This document shows, in pieces, positions 60,901 to 64,000 of a DNA stretch of 64,000 nucleotides (position 1 is its first letter; each line of letters starts with the position of its first letter). A program made the position numbers and the translations under genes. The notes beneath the pieces are model-generated. The model had not been told where the DNA came from. It did no database searches and saw nothing but the letters and a program-made list of their open reading frames with translations. Source of the DNA: Glycera tridactyla (taxonomy: Eukaryota); the NCBI GenBank assembly GCA_965644265.1, contig OZ286463.1:81406001-81470000 (forward strand). The letters are read 5' to 3'.

Positions 60901-63442
60901 TACGTTCAACTTGGTGGCCGGGACAGCAGCATTGTTACGTTCGCTCTTCACCTCGCTGACGGACAAGACCTACCATCTCGTCCTGCAGGTCATCGGGACC
61001 CTCAACGAAATCACCGTGGTAAGCCTTCGAAGCTCACTCTACCATCTCACACCCCTCGGATTCCTGTTTTTGAGCAGTTTTGGTGTGCTATATTGAGACA
61101 CCCGAGCAAAGAATTTAATTGAGATTGATCAAATTTCTGGTTTTTAGGATAGTTGACAATCTCGGGACTTGCAGTGCAGCCTCATGTTTTCATGTCCCGC
61201 CAGAATATGCGCTTCAGATTTCTAATCATCTGCCATAGGTTGTGAGATATGTATCACAATTCAGCTACTATCAACTTTTCGAACCACCGAATACAGGTGC
61301 ATGCGGCTGACGGCTTATTCGGTGGTGATAACAATACTTGAAATTACTAGGGGAAGACGAGGCTCGTTTGTAGGGGACTGGCAGCATACTGTGGGAAGAA
61401 GAGATTGTCTACTAATTGTAGAGCCGGCTTCAGGGCAACAATCCACAGTTGAACACAATTGCCATGCTTTGCCGGAACTGCATGAATCTGTTTTCTTTCG
61501 ATGTTTTTTTTTTTTGCTTTTTGAGATACGCATTGTTTCACTCTAGCCGGATGAATTAATCGTTGAGATCCTACATTTTTCCATGAAAGCAATACATGTT
61601 TACAGAGGTCAAATTTGCTATAGCGTGAAAGACTACCCCAGAAGATGCCATCTTAGGAGATGTTTAGCAATCAATGGCAACAAATCGGATATACAAATGA
61701 CAGCTATACCTTTGGGACAAGTTTGGCGGGATATATTTCATCATAGACGTAATTTGCTTCTGCTGATATATATGTGATATGTCCTTCTCATATTCACACC
61801 CTCTGTTCCTCTATAATGATTACATATATGGCTCTGCAGGTGTCACACATGCAAAAAGGCTGCAAGCTAGTCAGAACCACTGCCTGAGAACGGTTGCATA
61901 CGTTGCTAGCCGGTCTTCTGCTAAAGCTCTTCACGAGCAGTTACATGTACCCTTTTTGCATGAGATGAGGTCATTGAATGTTTGTGTTCAGGTCAGGTCT
62001 ATCCTGTTTGCCCAGGGATCTGGTCCTTCCTTAGCACTTTTCAGGCACATCTCTGAGGTTAGCGCTAGAGAGACACGTCTCTCTACTCAACGCAACTTGT
62101 ATTTGGACCGTTGTCGGACCCAATTTGTCTCAAAAGGAATTTCAGAATTCGGGGAGCAGCAGCCTGAAATAAATTGCCATTGAATCTCAGGTCAGCTTCT
62201 CGCCAGCGCTATTCAAAAGCCTATCTATTTATAGATTTTCACCCAACAACTAGATGTCGATTTGAAGCTTGATAGAGTTCATACCTCCTTGTATGCAGGA
62301 GAGTTTTCCTAGTTTTCCTACTTTAAATGCTTGATGCTTTATTGTCATACTCTATTAGTCTGAACTATGTGTCGTATCCAAGAAATATTCTCACTGTGTA
62401 TCATTATGATTTGAAGAATTTCATTGTGTTAGCTCCTACTACTGTTGTCATATCTGTCACCACTCTGTAAAATTATTGTGTTTCTTTTGTTTTGTTATCA
62501 TATGATTGTATGTAAAATGACATGTCATTATACAGTCATGATAAATTATTTACAAACAAACAAACAAACAAACATTATCGTTTTCAGGGTAATCCCGAGA
62601 ACAGACTAGTTCTCCTGGACAACAAATTAATTGACAATATAAATCGAGTATTCCGCGTCAAAAGATTCCCTGGCATCACGGAATTTGAGGTGAGTCGGAG
62701 TTACAGACCACGTGATTGCGANNNNNNNNNNNNNNNNNNNNNNNNNNNNNNNNNNNNNNNNNNNNNNNNNNNNNNNNNNNNNNNNNNNNNNNNNNNNNNN
62801 NNNNNNNNNNNNNNNNNNNNNNNNNNNNNNNNNNNNNNNNNNNNNNNNNNNNNNNNNNNNNNNNNNNNNNNNNNNNNNNNNNNNNNNNNNNNNNNNNNNN
62901 NNNTCATGCAATCAATCAACCAATCAATCAAAAAACCTTCAATCAATCAATCAATCATTCATTCATTCAGTCAATCAATTTTCGCAGTTGCTGACATTAC
63001 TGGGCCACATTGCCGATCTGCTGATATCCATGATCGAAGAGGGCTGCTCGGGCTCCGTTGATATACCTAAGGTACGTGTCCCCCAACCTGATGGCTTCCT
63101 TTCTTTCAAGTACTGTACCTCGACAAAATGAAAGCATCTACCTTTCATGGATCAGGAGCACATCGCATACATAATTATCTGGCTTGATAAGCACAACCGA
63201 ACCAAACCTCAGGCACCCCAAATCCTATCTCGCTCCCACGATGCTTCCAGGATGAGTTCTGTTTTCGAATTGAAGTTGCAGTGAGTCTACCATTACTTAA
63301 TGCAAGTATTATTTTGGCTTGTAAGATTCATGCGATTCATTATGTGAAATGCTCATATTTTCTCACCCATCAGGAGGTGGCGACAACATTGGACTTGGTG
63401 GCAACCAGAAGAGTGCTCGTCAGATGTCACGCCATCGCTACG
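18697..63442 (+). CDS. ITPR: Divergent inositol 1,4,5-trisphosphate receptor-like (ITPR/RyR family) Ca2+ release channel, >=52 coding exons, continues beyond window
   Basis: The spliced ORF of ~1,960 aa is colinear with ITPR. Landmarks: suppressor domain ([11 protein letters not shown]; QNRY; [11 protein letters not shown]), MIR repeats ([10 protein letters not shown]; YWQLEH; [10 protein letters not shown]; [11 protein letters not shown]), RIH (NRRRLLRE; [11 protein letters not shown]; HYLKQQL), RIH-associated ([25 protein letters not shown]; TLNEITVGNPENR). All junctions are phase-consistent except two exon ends hidden in N-gaps. Confidence 0.93.
20126..20199 (+). CDS. ITPR: ITPR-like exon 2
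   Basis: cacag|t..g|gtaagt; [24 protein letters not shown]. Confidence 0.85.
20762..20892 (+). CDS. ITPR: ITPR-like exon 3
   Basis: [43 protein letters not shown]. Confidence 0.88.
21259..21345 (+). CDS. ITPR: ITPR-like exon 4
   Basis: [29 protein letters not shown]. Confidence 0.92.
21547..21626 (+). repeat. (TC)n microsatellite
   Basis: Read directly. Confidence 0.95.
21955..22032 (+). CDS. ITPR: ITPR-like exon 5
   Basis: [26 protein letters not shown]. Confidence 0.9.
22357..22437 (+). CDS. ITPR: ITPR-like exon 6
   Basis: [27 protein letters not shown]. Confidence 0.9.
23093..23190 (+). CDS. ITPR: ITPR-like exon 7
   Basis: [32 protein letters not shown]. Confidence 0.9.
23641..23698 (+). 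repeat. (AG)n microsatellite
   Basis: Read directly. Confidence 0.95.
23828..23918 (+). CDS. ITPR: ITPR-like exon 8
   Basis: [30 protein letters not shown]. Confidence 0.88.
24368..24455 (+). CDS. ITPR: ITPR-like exon 9 (MIR)
   Basis: [29 protein letters not shown]. Confidence 0.92.
24596..24678 (+). repeat. (AG)n microsatellite
   Basis: Read directly. Confidence 0.95.
24802..25776. repeat. ~66-bp inverted repeat pair (24802-24867 vs 25711-25776)
   Basis: tttctgattggctcattctacacatactatctacaacttcattcataaatcggcgcagtgatccat is the imperfect reverse complement of atggatcaatgcgccgattcatgaatgaagttgtagatagggtgtgtaaaaccagccaatcagaaa. Confidence 0.88.
25072..26124 (+). repeat. Two ~330-bp direct repeats (25072-25398, 25787-26124), each ending in an 8-bp hairpin
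   Basis: aagtgggcgtg.ccaaagagcttgatt ... gttagaaagcatttcgagcag...TGATCTCC-aa(t/c)-GGAGATCA in both copies. Confidence 0.9.
26538..26640 (+). CDS. ITPR: ITPR-like exon 10 (3' end lost in N-gap)
   Basis: (V)[33 protein letters not shown], then gap. Confidence 0.88.
27218..27360 (+). CDS. ITPR: ITPR-like exon 11 (MIR)
   Basis: [47 protein letters not shown]. Confidence 0.92.
28264..28342 (+). CDS. ITPR: ITPR-like exon 12 (MIR)
   Basis: [26 protein letters not shown]. Confidence 0.88.
28799..28851 (+). CDS. ITPR: ITPR-like exon 13
   Basis: [17 protein letters not shown]; phase 1/0 bridges exons 12 and 14. Confidence 0.8.
30197..30322 (+). CDS. ITPR: ITPR-like exon 14
   Basis: [42 protein letters not shown]. 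Confidence 0.9.
30677..30742 (+). CDS. ITPR: ITPR-like exon 15
   Basis: [22 protein letters not shown]. Confidence 0.8.
31246..31326 (+). CDS. ITPR: ITPR-like exon 16 (RIH start)
   Basis: [27 protein letters not shown]. Confidence 0.88.
31463..31680 (+). mobile_element. Possible tRNA-derived SINE head (degenerate)
   Basis: A-box-like TGATCCACGTGG (31468-31479) and B-box-like GGCTCAAACCC (31518-31528) at tRNA-like spacing; 3' boundary uncertain. Confidence 0.3.
31907..32165 (+). repeat. Degenerate (CTA/CCA)n low-complexity tract
   Basis: Read directly; flanks an N-gap. Confidence 0.9.
32258..32440 (+). CDS. ITPR: ITPR-like exon 17
   Basis: [61 protein letters not shown]. Confidence 0.9.
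33097..33208 (+). CDS. ITPR: ITPR-like exon 18 (3' end lost in N-gap)
   Basis: [37 protein letters not shown], then gap. Confidence 0.9.
34347..34451 (+). CDS. ITPR: ITPR-like exon 19
   Basis: [35 protein letters not shown]. Confidence 0.92.
34810..34902 (+). CDS. ITPR: ITPR-like exon 20
   Basis: [31 protein letters not shown]. Confidence 0.85.
35622..35699 (+). CDS. ITPR: ITPR-like exon 21
   Basis: [26 protein letters not shown]. Confidence 0.88.
36596..36725 (+). CDS. ITPR: ITPR-like exon 22
   Basis: [43 protein letters not shown]. Confidence 0.92.
37895..38019 (+). CDS. ITPR: ITPR-like exon 23 (donor uncertain)
   Basis: [41 protein letters not shown]; donor cat|gtaact chosen because it gives the phase 0 that exon 24 requires. 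Confidence 0.72.
38554..38670 (+). CDS. ITPR: ITPR-like exon 24
   Basis: [39 protein letters not shown]. Confidence 0.88.
39029..39073 (+). repeat. (CAA)n microsatellite
   Basis: Read directly. Confidence 0.95.
39133..39277 (+). CDS. ITPR: ITPR-like exon 25
   Basis: [48 protein letters not shown]. Confidence 0.92.
39986..40076 (+). CDS. ITPR: ITPR-like exon 26
   Basis: [29 protein letters not shown]. Confidence 0.88.
41341..41395 (+). CDS. ITPR: ITPR-like exon 27
   Basis: (Q)[18 protein letters not shown]. Confidence 0.82.
42216..42322 (+). CDS. ITPR: ITPR-like exon 28
   Basis: [35 protein letters not shown]. Confidence 0.85.
42778..42880 (+). CDS. ITPR: ITPR-like exon 29 (alternative in-frame acceptor at 42784)
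   Basis: [34 protein letters not shown]. Confidence 0.82.
42916..43325 (+). repeat. (GACA)n and (TGGA)n microsatellites flanking an N-gap
   Basis: Read directly. Confidence 0.9.
43510..43617 (+). CDS. ITPR: ITPR-like exon 30
   Basis: [36 protein letters not shown]. Confidence 0.92.
44084..44220 (+). CDS. ITPR: ITPR-like exon 31
   Basis: [45 protein letters not shown]. Confidence 0.92.
45794..45920 (+). CDS. ITPR: ITPR-like exon 32
   Basis: [42 protein letters not shown]. Confidence 0.88.
46692..46853 (+). CDS. ITPR: ITPR-like exon 33 (second RIH)
   Basis: [54 protein letters not shown]. Confidence 0.9.
47150..47388 (+). CDS. ITPR: ITPR-like exon 34
   Basis: [79 protein letters not shown]. 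Confidence 0.93.
48007..48300 (+). repeat. Tandem duplication, period ~158 bp
   Basis: atgacaact.ttat.atgcgagagtgcatttgatttactgt.atatgggcaatgatgatggccaactatccatggtgatctgtatatg at 48007 and 48165. Confidence 0.9.
48909..49178 (+). CDS. ITPR: ITPR-like exon 35
   Basis: [89 protein letters not shown]. Confidence 0.92.
50388..50420 (+). repeat. (TTCAA)n pentanucleotide repeat
   Basis: Read directly. Confidence 0.9.
50596..50703 (+). CDS. ITPR: ITPR-like exon 36
   Basis: [35 protein letters not shown]. Confidence 0.85.
51192..51276 (+). CDS. ITPR: ITPR-like exon 37
   Basis: [28 protein letters not shown]. Confidence 0.87.
51853..51936 (+). CDS. ITPR: ITPR-like exon 38
   Basis: [28 protein letters not shown]. 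Confidence 0.85.
52563..52667 (+). CDS. ITPR: ITPR-like exon 39
   Basis: [35 protein letters not shown]. Confidence 0.82.
53703..53774 (+). CDS. ITPR: ITPR-like exon 40
   Basis: [24 protein letters not shown]; support is splice signals and phase, low conservation. Confidence 0.72.
54436..54482 (+). ncRNA. Minimal type I hammerhead ribozyme (Penelope-like-element type) in ITPR-like intron 40
   Basis: TTCCCCC-CTGATGA-T-GGAC-gcccaga-GTCC-GAAA-AGCT-TC-GTGGGAA: intact core, 4-bp stem II, palindromic AGCT stem III, UC cleavage site, stem I 6/7 paired. Confidence 0.72.
54849..54966 (+). CDS. ITPR: ITPR-like exon 41
   Basis: [39 protein letters not shown]. Confidence 0.88.
55966..56104 (+). CDS. 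ITPR: ITPR-like exon 42
   Basis: [45 protein letters not shown]. Confidence 0.87.
56674..56826 (+). CDS. ITPR: ITPR-like exon 43
   Basis: [50 protein letters not shown]. Confidence 0.9.
57756..57915 (+). CDS. ITPR: ITPR-like exon 44
   Basis: [53 protein letters not shown]. Confidence 0.93.
58496..58593 (+). CDS. ITPR: ITPR-like exon 45
   Basis: [32 protein letters not shown](R). Confidence 0.9.
58910..59086. mobile_element. pogo/Tigger-type (Tc1/mariner superfamily) MITE, 177 bp
   Basis: Perfect 12-bp TIRs CAGTCGAACCTG / CAGGTTCGACTG flanked by TA on both sides; internal (G)GTGGTCTTTATAGAGA repeats. Confidence 0.85.
59208..59302 (+). CDS. ITPR: ITPR-like exon 46 (variable linker)
   Basis: [31 protein letters not shown]. 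Confidence 0.78.
59664..59767 (+). CDS. ITPR: ITPR-like exon 47 (variable linker; alternative in-frame acceptor at 59646)
   Basis: [34 protein letters not shown]. Confidence 0.75.
60194..60325 (+). CDS. ITPR: ITPR-like exon 48 (RIH-associated)
   Basis: [44 protein letters not shown]. Confidence 0.93.
60869..61018 (+). CDS. ITPR: ITPR-like exon 49 (RIH-associated)
   Basis: [50 protein letters not shown]. Confidence 0.94.
61700..62574 (+). mobile_element. 3' remnant of a CR1/L2-group non-LTR retrotransposon
   Basis: ORF 61779-62183 reads like the post-RT end of ORF2 ([12 protein letters not shown]...LHEQLH...TR...L...[11 protein letters not shown]). After a frameshift it continues [11 protein letters not shown]. 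An AT-rich 3' UTR ends in a (CAAA)n tail at 62553-62574. Confidence 0.7.
62588..62689 (+). CDS. ITPR: ITPR-like exon 50
   Basis: [34 protein letters not shown]. Confidence 0.93.
62988..63071 (+). CDS. ITPR: ITPR-like exon 51
   Basis: [28 protein letters not shown]. Confidence 0.9.
63374..63442 (+). CDS. ITPR: ITPR-like exon 52 (last found in window)
   Basis: [23 protein letters not shown]. Confidence 0.82.
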
Positions 63443-63456
63443 GTAGGAGTGGTCTG

Positions 63457-63691
63457 CGATACGATACGATACGATACAATACGATACAGTATAGTACCAT
63501 GAAGTATAGTCCAATAATAATAGATAAATGATAATGATATTTATTTATATAGGGCATTATAGTACAATGCAGTACAATACAATGCAACTTAACACAAGCA
63601 ATGCGATGCGACATACAATGAAATACAATACAGTACAGTAGAGTCTAACAGAATACAGCACAATATTGGTTTGGTTTGGTTTGGTTTGGTT
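63457..63691 (+). repeat. (GATAC)n, (CAATA/CAGTA)-like and (TTGGT)n pentanucleotide tracts
   Basis: Read directly. Confidence 0.85.
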
Positions 63692-63884
63692 GACTGTTTT
63701 GACTGATCTCAGTCCAGTACCACTGTCAGAGCCTGAAGGTTCTGATCTTCCCAGTGCTGCTGTTAGCTATTTATGGGTGACAGGTCTAAGCATGGCAAGG
63801 CGCAACCTGTGATTGAATTTTGAACCTCCTCTCTTGTGCTTGTATGTGTGTTTATGCTGAGAAAGAGTATCTGTGTAGCTGGTT

Positions 63885-64000
63885 TTTGTCACAGAGACCA
63901 CCCTTGGTTGTACCAATGAGTAGAATCTCTATAGAGGTGTTTTTTGTGAAGATGTCATTTACTGTAGAATATTCCGACACGGTCACAGCGCAGTGCAGCC
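63885..64000 (+). mobile_element. Degenerate partial relative of the 58910 MITE
   Basis: gtcatttactgtagaatattccgacacggtcacagcgcag resembles gtcatttactgttgaaaatactaccacggtcgcagctcag at ~58978-59017. Confidence 0.5.

Noticed and set aside
1-64000. Most ORFs in the supplied six-frame track (poly-Q/S/T/E, RE/LS, IYLS, DRQT and N-spanning ORFs)
   Set aside because: They are microsatellite or gap artefacts, or intron read-through around real exons; none has independent coding evidence.
1-64000. CRISPR arrays, rRNA, bona fide tRNA genes, prokaryotic operons
   Set aside because: None seen; the sequence is spliceosomal-intron-rich animal DNA and its periodic tracts are simple microsatellites.

Overview
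AT-rich, intron-rich invertebrate animal genomic DNA with 12 N-gaps, most flanked by microsatellites; there is no sign of prokaryotic sequence. I reconstructed two spliced genes by hand on the + strand, and every junction I could test is phase-consistent. (1) The last 7 coding exons (6771-12459, TM2 to stop) of an adhesion GPCR most like the ADGRG2/G4/G6 group; its GPS/TM1 exons were not found and probably lie upstream of the window. (2) At least 52 coding exons (18697 to beyond 63442, about 1,960 codons) of a highly divergent IP3-receptor/ryanodine-receptor-family Ca2+ release channel. It runs from the suppressor domain through the MIR repeats, RIH domains and RIH-associated domain; the pore exons lie past the window end. 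By-eye alignment suggests that several IP3-coordinating residues are lost while the Ca2+-site acidic residues are largely kept. Introns and the intergenic gap carry a minimal type I hammerhead ribozyme (54436-54482, sense strand), a PIF/Harbinger-type MITE, pogo/Tigger-type MITEs, LINE remnants, a short dispersed repeat, and local tandem and inverted duplications. Almost all ORFs in the supplied track are spurious or contain single exons.
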